A DNA stretch of 64,000 bases from Tubulanus polymorphus (Eukaryota > Animalia > Nemertea), in NCBI RefSeq assembly GCF_964204645.1, contig NC_134028.1, positions 4,278,001 to 4,342,000 on the forward strand, in the 5' to 3' direction. Below the pieces are notes generated by a model. The model did no database searches. It was given only the letters and a program-made list of their open reading frames with translations, and was not told the origin of the DNA. Shown one piece after another: positions 1 through 14,493 of this stretch; positions within the stretch are counted from its first letter, which is position 1, and every line of letters starts with the position of its first letter. Both the position numbers and the translations under genes were made by a program.

Positions 1-1054
1 AAAACATTTCAATTGTTCGACAACGCCTCAACAATGATAAATCGATAAGCGTCATCACCCGGATTAATCTTGCGCTTTTTTCGACCCGTTTCGTTTTCCC
101 CGTTATTTGAACCACTTTTTTACCAAGCATCTATCGCACCGTGCGTCACAAGCATACATACACACTGTGGATTTTAGAACTTTTACAAGGTAACTGACTC
201 ATGCCGCGTTTGTTGTTCTCGGAACATGTTCATAATCAATTTTGTTTAGTCATTGACTGTTTAATGACATCTTTCATAAGGAAATAAAACTCGAATAATT
301 TTTCGCTTCAGATTTAATCATTCGTAAACATTAACGCGTTAAAACTCAATTCAAAAAATCTCGTATAAAAAATATTCAGTACGGGGGATGGTACAAGGGG
401 GTTTTTACGGCTATTTTCTAGTATTTCCATTCACACAGTTATTAACTCCATACCAGCTGCTGCATTTAATAATCTATAGTACTATGAATCATACGCAGTA
501 ATTATTGTCATCATATTTCACGAGCTCGATGAATAGTTAAACCGGCCCGCGCGCAGAATCAAAGCGTCCTTTTTTATATGGTCGTAGCAGGACAAATTAT
601 CGGGCCACGCGATTCGCCGCCGAGAGACAACATTTGAATCGTTTGGCCTCGCATTAATTATCACTCTAAGAAGAATTCCAGTCGGCGAATAGCTTGAGAA
701 ATGAATACAGAAAATAACACACCCGACCTTTTGTGCGCGTAGATAGCGCATCAATTATAGCCTATTGTGCGTTCTGGGAATCGCCGAGTAGGATTTTTAT
801 TTTGTGCAATATGCTAAATATGAATTTGATTTGACAACGTCTGTAGAAATGAACCGATCCGTGCAAATATCGTTAATTATCCGGTGACATTTTTTGTTAA
901 GAAATCGCTTAATTTCATCGACGTTGTCTGAATCAGAGGTTACCGTGTATGCACGTATGTATTTCACAGACCAGACAAATAAACCTGCACATATCATTCG
1001 CCTACAATCCGCCACATTCTGTCATTATTCATGCTTGATAAAAATCACCCCTTA

Positions 1055-1318
1055 CAGGCGTGGATCCAGGGGGTTTTGTTAGCCATTTACAGATGTTGTG
1101 AGTTGCCCTTTTCTGAATAAACTCCTAGGTTTTCATTGCCTTATTTACACGAAATCCTACAAACGCCTTTCGCGTAAACAGTGTCACACTTGGAAATGCT
1201 GTAAAATTCATTCAAAGGCGCCAACACCTTGATTGCAATTACGATTCCAAATAAGCTTTTCCACGATCGAAATTGCCACAAGACCTTCAAATGTAGAAGG
1301 TCAAATCCGCCCCTCCTG
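1055..1318. mobile_element. Probable short non-autonomous DNA element (MITE-like)
   Basis: Imperfect terminal inverted repeats CAGGCGTGGATCC...AATCCGCCCCTCCTG. Similar GGGG(C/T)GGATC...GATCYGYCCC ends recur at ~32727-32884 and ~27795-28008. Confidence 0.35.
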
Positions 1319-1966
1319 ATATACGTACCGTATGAAGGCTGTTAGCTCAATCACGCAACCAGAATATCTGAGACATCCATCTTTTACATACGGTTGTCTT
1401 CTTCACGCGGAAAATGGACCAAAAACACCCATATTGATAATGGGACAGGAATAGACTTCTTCGAGTGCAATTTATCATACTGGGAAAAATCCGGCGCACA
1501 AGAGGCTCGTAAATTGTGTCCTGTTTTTTTCTATCATCTATAACAGCAGATGTTAAACACATTTCCCTATATTTATGCCAGCAGTCAAACAACGATAAGG
1601 TATAAATCATTGGGAACATTTCTAGGTCTAGTGTCATCCTCCGAGATTATCCAATGCTATCCTCAGTTTTCTCGTTGTCAGTCCATGGATACAATACCCT
1701 TTGCTTCACATCGTTCGTTTTATCTTGGCCTTTTTAGTCATCTACCATAATCCTCATATTCAATGGTTTCTCATAGAAAACTCAGCCATGGAAGTCAACA
1801 AACCAAAAACACAATATAAAACTGTAGTTTCTATACTTTCTTTTTATTTAATTGGACTTTGGGTGAAAAATCTAGATTTATATACTCATATCATACACAT
1901 CAAGTTCACAACGAGCCCCTATTAATCACAGTCTTTTTCAAATATTTAAAAGTGACATTTAAATAT

Positions 1967-1971
<5 letters not shown>

Positions 1972-2027
<56 letters not shown>
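1972..2027. repeat. (TA)n microsatellite
   Basis: Perfect AT dinucleotide run of ~56 bp downstream of the noc stop codon. Confidence 0.97.
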
Positions 2028-2029
<2 letters not shown>

Positions 2030-2437
2030 TCATTTATAATAATAAATCTTTTATCAATTTGTACATATCATAATATCGAACACTATTTACAATAATGAAA
2101 ATCAAATATATAATGTTTCATAATAGCACGAAATAGCGACAGTAGAACCTCTCGTCGGACCTATATTCCTGGATAATACATCAATTTCAAAGTTGTCATA
2201 ATTATTATTAGAACAAAATAAGCAAGGAAAAAGATGATAACGAGAATAATTAGAATCAAAATGAAACGGATTTTTACAGAAATGTACGAGCATACATGTA
2301 CGTTTTTTTTTCAAATACAACATTCTGTGATCGGGTGCGGCAAATAGACAAAATAATCTAACCACTGCTTCGGTGAAATTGCGTGACAATGGTTTCATAG
2401 TTTGTTAAAAATGATTTGTAAAATTGTTTGTTCAAGT

Positions 2438-5400
2438 TCATGGCACAGCGGCAGGTCCGAGCCTGGATCCGTAAAGCGAATACGGCGAATAATAAGCACC
2501 AACGCCCATCGGTAAAGTGGGAGCTCCTGGCGCACCAGTTAATGAAGCCAGTCCTGATTTGTACGGATGATAACGACTAGCAGAAAGAGCGCTGCTGAGC
2601 GGGCTCAGACTGGTCGGATATCGATGCAAGGCGCTCGGACTGATCGAACCCGCGGCTGAACTGAAATGCGGGTAAGTTCCGAGTGAACTGATCGCCGATG
2701 GTAAACTATACGACGGTAGCACGCTGGATAACGAAGTGACACACCCTTCACTCGATGTATGCGTGCGCAGATGGTGCAATAAGTCTTCGGACGTGGTAAA
2801 ACGTTTACCGCAATGTTCCGTACCGGACATCCAGTTACAGACGTACGGTAGTCCGGGTCCGTGATGTGCAGGTGATGGTATCACACTATGTGGATAAATA
2901 GAACAACCGAGAGAGTTTAATCCTGTCGCTGATAGCGTAGATCCGGGTAGTGGTAAAATAGGCATACCCGGTGCACTTCCGGGCATTTTATCATGAGTGC
3001 ACTGTGTGCATCCAGCACCACAAGTCGTAGAAAGTTGCGCACTGCGCATTGTCAGTTGGCAGTTTGTACAATATGGGTCCCTACAAATTGGCACCAAAGT
3101 CGTAGCACCAGTGGCAGTTTTTACTTGAGCATATGCGACGTACGGCGAAACCCCAGCATTGAGACCCGGCAACTCGCCCGGTTTCAACATATTTAGTCCG
3201 GCGTGGGCGGCCAATGCCGATGCATAGGCACTTTGCATACTAGCATCGAGGGATAGAGGATGTCCGAGTAGATGTGGATCGGTCATATAGCTACCTAGAC
3301 TCGATATTGACGATGTACTTGAAGATGTAGAAACCGGTGTTGGTTTTAATGTAGCGCCTGGTAACGGCTGGTGTTGACTAGTAGTAGGTGGTAGCCCTGA
3401 TTTGGGTAGATTCGCGGTGGCAGATTCGTTATGTTTGACCTCCAGGACGACGTTTCCGCAACTCAGGCTGATGTGACTGTTGCTTTGAGCGCCTGCGGAC
3501 GGAGCTATAGTGCTGTTACTACTACTGACTGAACCGGAAGCTGACGTAACCGGATCTGACGACAGTGGCGATCCACGGGATGTCAGTGGACTAGACCGTT
3601 TATCTGATGACGTCACTGATACCAATGGCGGCGGTACATCTTTAGTCGGCGTTTTTCTGGATTTCTCGTCTTTCTTCTCGGCCGATGAGATTCGTTTGTT
3701 GTCAACATCGTGACCGCCAGATTTCGGCGAAGATTGGCGCCCGTCTTTCTTATCGATGGGTGGTATGATCGGTTTCGGCGGAGATGTGTCTTTCCCGATG
3801 TTGCTGCACGTCTGAGCGAGCAAAGCCAACGGACTCTTCTTTGCGTCGAGCTGAAAAATACAATAAGACAAGTACGATAAATATGATGAATATTTGTGTG
3901 ATTAGTTAGAAAACGAGTTTCCATGACGCCCGCAGATGTTTCGTATCGAAGTATGAATGCGATGTTTTTGTTTCGCATGTTTTAAAACTTGATGATGAGG
4001 GATCGTAGTCGGAGAGATCGTTGCAGCTCGTAGCGAGCGTGTCGGCTGCGGCGGTATCGATCAAATGCGGGAGCCATCGGGTACAATACCATCAACGTGA
4101 AATAATGATGGACATAAAAACGACGCATCGTAAATAAACGAAGCGGGCGGCGGCACAAATCAAACGATTTCAACACACATTAACCGTCTGACCGTTGTGT
4201 ATATTGTAAAACGAATAGATATTAAAATTGTTCGAGCATGCGTACGAATGCTTTTACGGATGAGGATTTAGCAATAATGAACTAATCGTAATTTTTAAAG
4301 GCCATAAACAACAACAGCAAACGAACTCGCACACCCGCATGTTGTTTCACCGGCGCCGCAGAAAACGCGCACACGTATATCGTTATTTCGTTACACTCTT
4401 CAATAAACAACCCCCATAAAATTCACGCCGAGCGGAGATCTTAAGCTTTTAATGTCAGCCTATTAATAATCAAAATGACATTTTGCGTCAATTTGCCGAT
4501 AGAATATTTTTCGTCGACGCTTCGATCGTATAAAACATCGCCGACAATAGCAGCTAAAATGTCCCATGTTATTTCTGTTACAATTTGCGAGAGCGCGCTC
4601 TACAGCGCTATAAAATAAAACTAACGACTTTAATTCGCATGCTACACGCCAATTTCGAGTAAAATATCGCTCGAAATTCGCTATTAACCTGTCAGTGCTT
4701 TAACCCGGCATAAATCAACTTTATTGTAACGCGTTGTTATAAATCAAAAACGCTTTGGGATATTCGTTCATTAGCGTCACTCGACTAGCAAATCCGGACC
4801 GAAAAATATGATGAATTTTATGCAGCTTAAATCAACGACAGAACCTCATAAATCCTAAGCCTATGTTTCGGGATAATATGTATAAATACGGATTTGCATA
4901 GATCGGTAGTAGGGATTTATGTTACGAAAAATTTTCAAATGGCAAAACAACTATTGTACCACTGCTGATTTTTATGTAAAATACATGATTTTATTTCTAT
5001 TTTCAAAAATACGAATCATTTCCATGTAAAGTGTTCAACTTTTTTCCTCAACATGTCGACGATGTCGGTTTTATGTATGAACGATGATGTTTGGGTTAAA
5101 TATACAATACATCACGTCACAGTTTTTATCTAGGCAGTAATTTAAATTTTATAGCTATCAGGCCAATGTGTCATTGATACGAGCGAAAATAAAAACCATC
5201 TAATGGCGCATAAATAACCGACTGACATCGGGAAGTGAATTTTCCCAGAGTCGACTACTAGTTGAAAGATACAGTTTTACTTCCCACCAGATTTATGGCC
5301 CTCGTAAACGTCTCCACATTGAACGCGTTGGCGATCGCGCGGCAAAGAACCGCCTATGCGTAACCGAATATTTTATGTCCAAAAAATCAATCGGCAGTCG

Positions 5401-7114
5401 ACATCAAAGAAACACCGCCGCCGACGGTCAGATATTTCAAGTGGCCCCTTCATCGTAAAATGGCGTTATCGGAAATGAGACCGCCGCATTTCAGCGAACG
5501 GCTCAGTCACAGATTTTAGTGCCGTCAATGATCAGTCATCAGTAAACATAAAGCCAAAATGAAAGCCACGCAACGCGGAAAACTGCGTTCCGGGAAATGA
5601 TATATTCACACAAAAAATTTCAGCAATATTTTTCATAAATGGGTTTTCCGTGAATATATTGTATCTATTTTGTCGTATCGAAAAATTTCCCCACATGAAG
5701 TGCGTTTCACAACTACACAATCTATTATGGAGCGTGGGTTTTTTGTCTTGAAGGGAAATTGAAACCAAATTGATGAACATGATCCGATTCAAAGCTTTAT
5801 ATCCACATGTACTGCTGAATTAAAAGATCCCCAAACGTTTCATAGCAGACATTATCAATATGATCAATACCATAAAATCAATTATTGATTAATAGCGATC
5901 TTTCACGAACTTCATAAAACGCCAACTCAAAGCAACTCACTGAAACGGTTGCATGCGCCTCGGGGACTCGGACGACTCACTCCCCAACTACATATTAATG
6001 CCAAAACATCTAAACATCTCATTTCTTAACATTAGATATTGGTAAATGTATTCTAATCTGGAAATATATCGACGATTACAATGGTTATATCAAGACGGGT
6101 AAAGTTTTCTACAAATCTATCACTGAATTCAATAAGAGGTTGGAAAAATCAACAACTACTAAATACTTGGAAACGTTACAGAATTGTAATGAGGTAAAGA
6201 AGACGGTAGATTAAAAGCCAATATAATCGTATCATCGGTTTCTTGTATCCAGAATCGAATGTATTTGAAATTAGTGAAGCACCAAATGCGGAGGAAGTAA
6301 AAGGTAGAATAGTGCATAGCTCATAGCTTATCGGGTCTTCAATTTCCCATTTCTAGTCGGCAACTTCACTGGACATTTCGGACAATTCCCGTCGTCAAAA
6401 ATGATAGATGATGTCACAACTATTGTGAAAGGCCTCGTGGTCGACAATTGAATACAGACAGATTAAGACAGGTCTTTAATTTCGACCGAAAACGGGAGTT
6501 ACTTTTAAATGCAGTGTCACGAGCCATGATTGATCACTTTGAGCCGTTAAACAATTCAGGCTAGAAGAAATTGGTAGAAACTTAAGAATTGTGCAGTGAA
6601 TTTAATCTACTTGAAAAGTCGGTTTGATTTTTACCGGCTATGTCGGTATAAGCAGTACTACACAGTATGGCATTCATCTTAAACTCCATAAGAGCTCTTG
6701 TCACATTGAAATAAGTTATACACTTATACTCATGATCGATTGCACGCTTTTGTCGTATTAGTCACATTTTTTCAAACAGTCGGTTTTCTATATCATATAC
6801 ATATACGGTGTTCAGACGGTAGTTGCTTATCTATAAGATAGAATGTCCAACTCATTACATTACAGTAGGACCCTCACCACCCTCAGTTCACCAGAGCTTT
6901 CGACGAAACCCAAGACGGATCTAACCGATCAGAATAGTGAAAAAAACCCTTATCATGATATAGAGTTTAATTAACGTGCATTGAACAAGAGATTGAATTA
7001 CGTCATATTATCATAGAGTTTTAAATTACACAGCGTTTTCTAACTTACCGTAGTTGGTAATGGTTGAAGATAATCTGGATGCAGATACTGCGAAGCTGTT
7101 GAAGTCAACATCAT
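2438..7114 (-). CDS. noc: NET-family (NocA/Elbow/TLP-1; ZNF503/ZNF703-like) zinc-finger repressor. 2 coding exons: 7114-7049, 3850-2438; 492 aa
   Basis: Exon 1 MMLTSTASQYLHPDYLQPLPTT|GTAAG joins in phase 0 via TTTTTCAG to LDAKKSPLALLAQTCSNIG (Sp motif). Also present: Btd-box-like CRDPYCTNCQ, a single C2H2 finger CNWMSGTEHCGKRFTTSEDLLHHLRTH, and C-terminal RYHPY and YYSPYSLYGSRL. Confidence 0.95.
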
Positions 7115-7379
7115 GATAAAAGCAACCAACTAATCAATCCGAATCAAATGATGAATTTATAGATATATGATGATATCGAGTATGTGATTACAATGCACAA
7201 TCCTTTCATAAAACAGCGTAAAAAGCTGCTAGAAACTGTTCATTATATGCGTGTAGTCCTGGATAAATCGCGCTGAGATACCTTCCACGCTGCAATATCT
7301 CTGTGAAATGCCGACCAAAGCGTGTGTATTCAGTTATAACCCATCCATAACACTCAATGAACAACTCGAAAGATGAAAG

Positions 7380-7440
7380 AAACCGACCGCCGACCAATCA
7401 GCGCTGTTCTATTGGCATGAGATTGGCAGGAGGGCGCTAC
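7380..7440 (-). promoter_or_regulatory. Probable noc proximal promoter (CCAAT-box cluster)
   Basis: CCAATCAG plus two ATTGG within ~35 bp (GACCAATCAGCGCTGTTCTATTGGCATGAGATTGGC), ~280 bp upstream of the noc ATG. Confidence 0.5.
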
Positions 7441-10400
7441 GAACTGTCAGTAAGCGAAGATAAATGGCCACATGACCTATACGCGGCAACTTCGGTGGAG
7501 TAATGAGCTTGGCTGTAAGCCAGCCGTCATGTTGGCAGAAAGCTATCAATCACGATGATGGCCGACCTGTCAATCAACAGTGAATTACAACCATCATTGT
7601 CAGCTTTGTGCGTGATATAAAGGAGCAAACACGTTGAAAAGATAAATACTAATAGCGCAAAATAAACGTAATTTATGACAGAACAAAAGCTCGTCGCACG
7701 TATAAAAGGACGTGGAAAAACTCGAATAAAACGCTCTACGCCAGACTTTAATGACCGCAATACTAGGAGCTAATCCTCCTGCCCAGTAGGTGCACTGCTA
7801 GTTAGTATTAGCGTAATGGTTGAACCGGTTCACATCAAAGGAACAAGTGCTCTTATCGCCTGTGAGCAAGCTCTGGGTGTTTAGAAAGCAGATTGAACTT
7901 GGCAATGTTTAAAACATTGACAGGCCTGTGTTGACAGCTCGGACAAGCGGTCGGTTACTTCAAAAACCCCACTCAAGATTCCTATCTCAACCAATAAACA
8001 TAGGATGGAACTTGATCCTGGAGAAAGCCGTCGATCGCACCATGCCTTCTGGGCCTCAGATTGGAACCCCTCCGATTTAAGTAATGATTGACAGTTCACC
8101 CCGCGTAGTCTAGCTTCAGGGCTTACAGAATACTGGATTTTCTGTTCTTTGAGTGTTGTTCTCGAGATGAATACCTAAAAGCTGTTTCGAAAATGATTTT
8201 TGTATAATTCTCGAGCTTGAAAAATGAATACTGTGCAGCCGTTGAATAGCTCGAAATTTAGTTTCGCGGTTATGGCCAAAATTTTTCCAAACTCGTAAAC
8301 ATCGATGGCACCAACCCGTAGACAGCATTATCTACCCGCGAATAGGCATCATGTGAGACAATTTTAGAATATTCCGGATCTTCAAAAGTGCGCATGTCAA
8401 CAAAGCTTTAGAGAATTCCAGAATTTTGCACCCTGATAACCCGCGGGCCCACGAATGTTGCAATGATTTCCATACGTTTATTATAAGTGCACACGGTCGT
8501 AAATTGTCTTTATTACGCTAGATTTGGGAACGATCACAGGCTTATAAAATCGTTTGAACTTCGCACGATGAAAGGCGAAATATGGAGCTCCGATTACTGG
8601 TCGAGACCGAGAGATTGTTGAAGTAACGAACTGACGCATATGCTTATAGTATAAACCGTACCAGTTTCCTTTGAAGTTGAAAGCGCAGCCGCTGCAGTTT
8701 ATGAGATGGGTTCCCCGAGTGACGGGCATCTGGTTCCTATCCGAATATCAACACACTGACAAGACGGAATGATGGATTGCTCTTTACAATGGTAAACAGC
8801 CTTGCAGCAACACCATGCTCAGTATGATGTGTATATACTAATATCATCATTACAGTTCTTTATATTCTTCAACAGATTCCTCGTTACATAATAATTAGAC
8901 AGGGTCGGACGCCTGGCCCAACAACCCGTTCGAAAGAGATCGTGTATATACAGTATACAGGAGCCATTGTAAAATCTTGACTAAAATCAACTCATTCTAA
9001 AGCTTTTTATCTGATACATTTTTAAAAAGATATCATTTAGATAATACATTTTCCTTGCATTGCGTAAATCACCGTTTGTATTTTCAACTGTCTTGTTTTT
9101 TAAACTCCGTCCAAAATTGAAAATAATGTCAATCGATTCATTTTCGTACTAGCATGTTCATTTTAGAAACTATATTCGTATACGCATTTAGGTTGGAATT
9201 TTTCACGGTTTTTACGAGTGGCTGTAAAAACCAGACGAGGCGCCACGAAGAGCCCCATACAATCGAGTGGTGTCTTCTCCTGCGGGCGTTAGTCGTGACC
9301 TGCTGAGAGGTAAAGTCATTAAGGGACCAAATAAACTGCCGTAATCACCCGTGGACGACAATTGGAGAAACTACACACAAAAACCATCGGCACCTTTTAA
9401 TGTTTAATTGAACAGAAAGTGGTGTGGCTGTAGGCAAAGGTCCTCGGAGGGTGCCAAACAACGTGAAAAAGCCAGCTTGATGGCACGTCCTCGAGGGACA
9501 GGTGATGATTTGTCAACATAGCTATTTCCTTCTTGAAATTCGTCACATTTTTAGTCCTAATTGGTTTTCAACATCACAATACAACTATTCTTATTTAAGC
9601 TATTGTTTCCATGTGCGAACATTGTTTCCTAGTCAGAACTGGAAATTCCTAGTCTTCCGCTTCTCATGGACCCGTACACCAAGTATAGGGGGTCTATTCA
9701 GCGTGCTAGAGAGGATTTTATAATCATGAACTGGTGGTACTAACGTGTAGAAAACTATTCCCATATTTCTATTTACGTAGTTTACAATGTATAATGTACC
9801 CGGTCATTTTCATTAATCTAATTTTCATTAATTAATCACGAGATATACAAAACTGTCACCATTTTTGTCGTGACTTTTGATATCCCTATTGTTGATGATA
9901 TCCGGAATGTATGTAACGTATTGAAATTGTCTGTTTTATTTGTATCAATCCCAAGCCACATTCATGAACTCGGATATGCGGGCTTCGTTTTTCCCCGGCC
10001 TCAGACAATTCAGACCATGGATTCATTCCGGAAAACTGTTTTTCTACTTTATTGTTTCGAACAGATCATGGTTTTTATCGGCGCAACTTTTGTAATGGTA
10101 GTTTTATGTTCGAATTATGTACTATTTGATATTATAAGTGTTTTATTTAGAAGCGCGTTCATTATGCATCCTGGTTGCAATAAAACATCAAAGGCAGGAT
10201 ATAAACTTTACAACCTACCGCGATAACATCGCCGCCAAATGTTATCACCAGCTTAAAATGTCACGAAAATTATACACATTTTATCTACAGTCTGATTGTA
10301 TCATAATGGCCCAAGCGAATGCGCGCCGGATTTCATGTTTCATATTTACGCTATCATATCGGGCCGTTCGGTTTTGTTCGCGTTCGTCTAATTTGTCAAA

Positions 10401-13400
10401 TCAATGACATGAATTCTCTCTTCAAAACAAATTTGACGTGTAGTAGATATACTATGTATATATTACATTGATATCGAGTTATTTGATTTGATTGCGCGAA
10501 ACATGCCGACAAAGGCCGTATTTTAGATTTGGCGTCTTGCAGATAGGCATTCGATTGTTGCGCGGGTCGCAAGGGTCAACAGCGTTGCCTCAAATGCTAA
10601 CAAAATCAACTTGAAGGGCACCAAACACAAGAAAGGGCCGGTGAGATCATACCGCTTTTGTGATAAGTTGATAAATGTTTGTATCAGCTGAAAGTCATAA
10701 ATCATGTCAGCCATTTATCATAACTAATACATCGTTATGAAGTTCCGTTGCCATGCAAGTGGTAAATTATAGGGTCCCGGAAGGTCATCGTCTGTTTGAC
10801 AACACCAGGATGACGATGAGTGTTTTAGGCGGTGAAAATGACCTCTGTTTCGATCTGTGGTGATTGATTTCGTCACTAAATTCTCGTTAACGTCCAGTAT
10901 TAGCCACAGATCAATTAAGCGTAGGACATGCGTATCCTGGTCATTCGACCATATCTCCATCGGATTGGGGTTTTTCCAATCGGAAAAAGATTATCTGACC
11001 TTCGAACAGGTGAATTGTGGCCAGACAATCAGGATATGAAGTATGCAGCACTGGGCGGACAGCACAAAAGCTGCCCCGCCAAACGAGACACACTTAGGGA
11101 GAAATTCACTTTGATGTTACCACCAACTGAGCGTGGAGAAAACCTGTCAATCAAACTCGTAAACGATCGTTTCTGTGAAGTGTCGGCGCAAACAAACCGC
11201 TCGACTGACATTGCCCGCCTCTTATGTTCAACACAGAGGGAGACCCGTCAAATCCACTGACATCCGTGTACAGACGCGCCGAGATCAAAGAAACCTAGTG
11301 AGCTGTCAGTCAGAGCCACGCTGAGAGCTGAGAATGATTGATAGCCGGTGCGGTTAATGGTCTGACAAGCTTTACGAGATAAAGAGAGAACACGCTAATC
11401 AATACACACGGAATCAAATACGACATGTTCAACCAGACCGATGTTATTACCTAGGTAATCAAACCTGAGCCCGCTGAGGCTCGGCAAAATGGTCAAGATT
11501 ACGCCTAGACCTGTAGAGCGATGAGCATCTTATATATCTAAGGCATCTTAGGCGCCCTACAAGCAATGAACGCTCGCGGAGGCGCCCTAAACTCCTTCCA
11601 GTTTCTAATCAAAACCACCCGCGCTTGAATAACCAACGTGGTTCGGAAAGAGGTGTTGGTTGAATCTTGGAGCTTGGAGTAATCAGACTGAATACTCCAA
11701 GCTTGGAGTCAAATGATTACTCCAAGTAAGGATCTATGAGGTTTGAGTGTTTGCTTGTAGAATGAATTTGATTATACAAAATGTTGACTGAGGGACACTT
11801 CGGATACTAAAACCAAGGGACCCAAAATATCGATGAATTAGGATTAGGATTAGGATTTTATTTTATACACTCCAACCATGTCTATGGTACATGGAGGGAG
11901 ACTTATATAAAGTATACAATTAACAGAAAATATAAACTTGTCTTTTGAACGTGGCTCATTCGAGGCGCCGAGTATTGGGTATTGCCTAGTACGTGATGGG
12001 TGACTTTTGAAACCGATATACGTACGTATGCCGTTACGAGATGTGACATAATCACCAAGTGATTAAAGCCGTTAGAAATAGCCGACGATGTTTGAATATC
12101 AAGATTTACGTAGGGTTTGATTGACGTATCGCAGATTTGTCAACAGAAAGATTAGTACGGGGCTTTTGTAGAATGTTCAGAAGAAGCACTTGAATGACCG
12201 CAATGCGAATATATGTTAGTCAATTCCTACTTCACATAGTCAACAACAGGCTGATAAAAACCAAACATATAGTGCAGATATTAGGTCGTCGTCTTTGATG
12301 TTGTATCACGTGTAAATTTATTCTCGTTTTATGTTGTACCTTTGATGTGGTATGAACGACTTAAGAGATCTATATGCGCGTAAATAGATTTACGCAATTC
12401 CGGAGCTTCATTGAATTAACGGCTGCTCAGTCAGGAATGTTTGACAAATTGTGTATGAATTTTTTCGGCATTTTATTGATGCATGTGTCAATATTTTCTT
12501 GTAATTTTCTCGATACAAAGGCAAGAACGCATGCCATCCTGGCATAATCAAGCTGATGTCATCGGATTCGAATCTACGATGAGAACAGCAGCGGCGAAAA
12601 AAACGGTTGTATTTGGCGCCAATTGGAAGTTCCCTCAAGCAACGGAAGATGTCGACACCGTCAAATATAATAGAGTAAGCTTACACCATTAATTTTTAAC
12701 GTTGTATCAAGAAACCCTGTGTAGTATGGCATTCGTTGTAAAACCTTTTGTGGTCTAGAGTTCCGAATTCTTACGAATTTCTGGCTTTTTATTTCCGTCA
12801 AGCTAGAGTCACATCTACGAGCGCTCCTGTGGCATGTAGGACGTTGTAAGATTAGTGTTTTTTTTGGTCCCGAATTCTCAATACCCAGTATGTATCAACT
12901 TAGTCTCAAAATTATTGGCTCACGCGCGTGGTCTGAACCGTTCTTTCTATCCGGAGGGCGGTTTCCTATCGCGATCAGGTGACTTCAATCGCCCTCTATC
13001 GTTAAGTTTCGAAGAAAACTGTGATCATCCGCTTGGTGGCGTTACTGTCCGGCATTAATACAAGGACAAGCCAATGAATACCATTGTTTTACACCCGGCC
13101 CGCCCTACCTACGTCCGCAGTACGAGCTAGATTTAATTTTGAGCCCAAATTGTTTTATTGAAACGCGAGATTTAATTCCATTCGAAACATAAATACCATC
13201 AAGAATATCAAACTGTACAATGAAGATTTCCAAGAAATATTAGTTGTTTCAAAATTCATATAAACATCTTTATTGACATGTTTAATATAGGCACAGTTTA
13301 CAATAATGTACAAAACCCAACGAAAATTTGAAACCCGAAATAGAAAATAGTTTTAATAAGTGGCAGGGTCGAAAGGGAAGATGTGCAGAGCTAAAGGATA

Positions 13401-14493
13401 AGAATACTCATGAAGCATAAAATAAAGCATGTAATCATCAGACAAGTATGACCTATTTGAGAGTACCGGTAGTTCCTGTTCTCTTTAAAAACTAAACAAC
13501 CCCCGGAAATATCAAAATACTCTCAAAATCAGAATAATTTATAGTTCAATAATCTAATTTCTGTTGACAGCTACTACAATTAAAGAGAGGATATCAGGTA
13601 GTCTGGTCTAGTCTGGTCTGAGGCTTCGCAAGTTAGTGAAAAAAAACTGTATGGTCTTTTTTGAATGGATCGCAAACGGGAATACAAAATTCGGATGGAC
13701 GTAAAGGTGGGAAAAATGGGAGTTTATCTCGGACAGTTAGAAAATGTATATACACATGCATTACATTCGAGAATTAGCACTGGCACCATCAGTCAGTGAA
13801 GGCACTTCAAATCAGCCACCATCAACATATGACACATGCACATCAGTTACAATCTATGTAATCTAAATGGTAAACACAGTATATATATATATACAACATA
13901 GTCAGTTAATTAACTCATTGCATAATTCATTAGTATGAAAATACCCTTTCTGTTGAAACTACATGTACCTATTTAGCCATGTAAAATAATGTTCGTACGT
14001 ATTACACTGCTATTATTCTAAACGTACATCCACTTAAATACCCACATTGTCATGAAATCGAACATTAAGGAAACATTAAAGAATCTATCAAATGTGATAG
14101 GATTAAAACCACATGCAGTTGACATTAGTCTAAGTGGTAGAGTGTAGAATTCGACAAATGATATGTTTTTTTCTATGATGGAACGTCATGGTGTTATAAT
14201 AAACAAAATACATCGAGAAAATAAAACTAGTGAAAAATATCAATGAATTTGCATTGAATGTGTATGTATACCATGTATGTGCAGTGAGTTATATCAGAGT
14301 TACGGGCACCGCGTGTCTACACACCCCCTGCTCTCTTAGCTAACCAGCTAGCTCAAGTGACAAATATCTTCAGAATGTTTGAAAACAAAAGTTTAATTTG
14401 AAATGAAATTGCAATGCATGATATTTTTACTTTCTTTTAGATTAAAACGTCTGGAACGTGATGGATTTGATAATCATATCTAGCAACATTTTG

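Noticed and set aside
1347-1925. Overlapping 66-96-aa ORFs downstream of noc
   Set aside because: No motif or splice framework recognised; consistent with chance ORFs or decayed repeat.
3851-3871. ORF-track start MSYCIFQ for noc
   Set aside because: It lies in the intron's polypyrimidine tract; the real first exon is 7114-7049.
11838-11858. (TTAGGA)3 as interstitial telomeric repeat
   Set aside because: Only three units and not TTAGGG; an ordinary short microsatellite.
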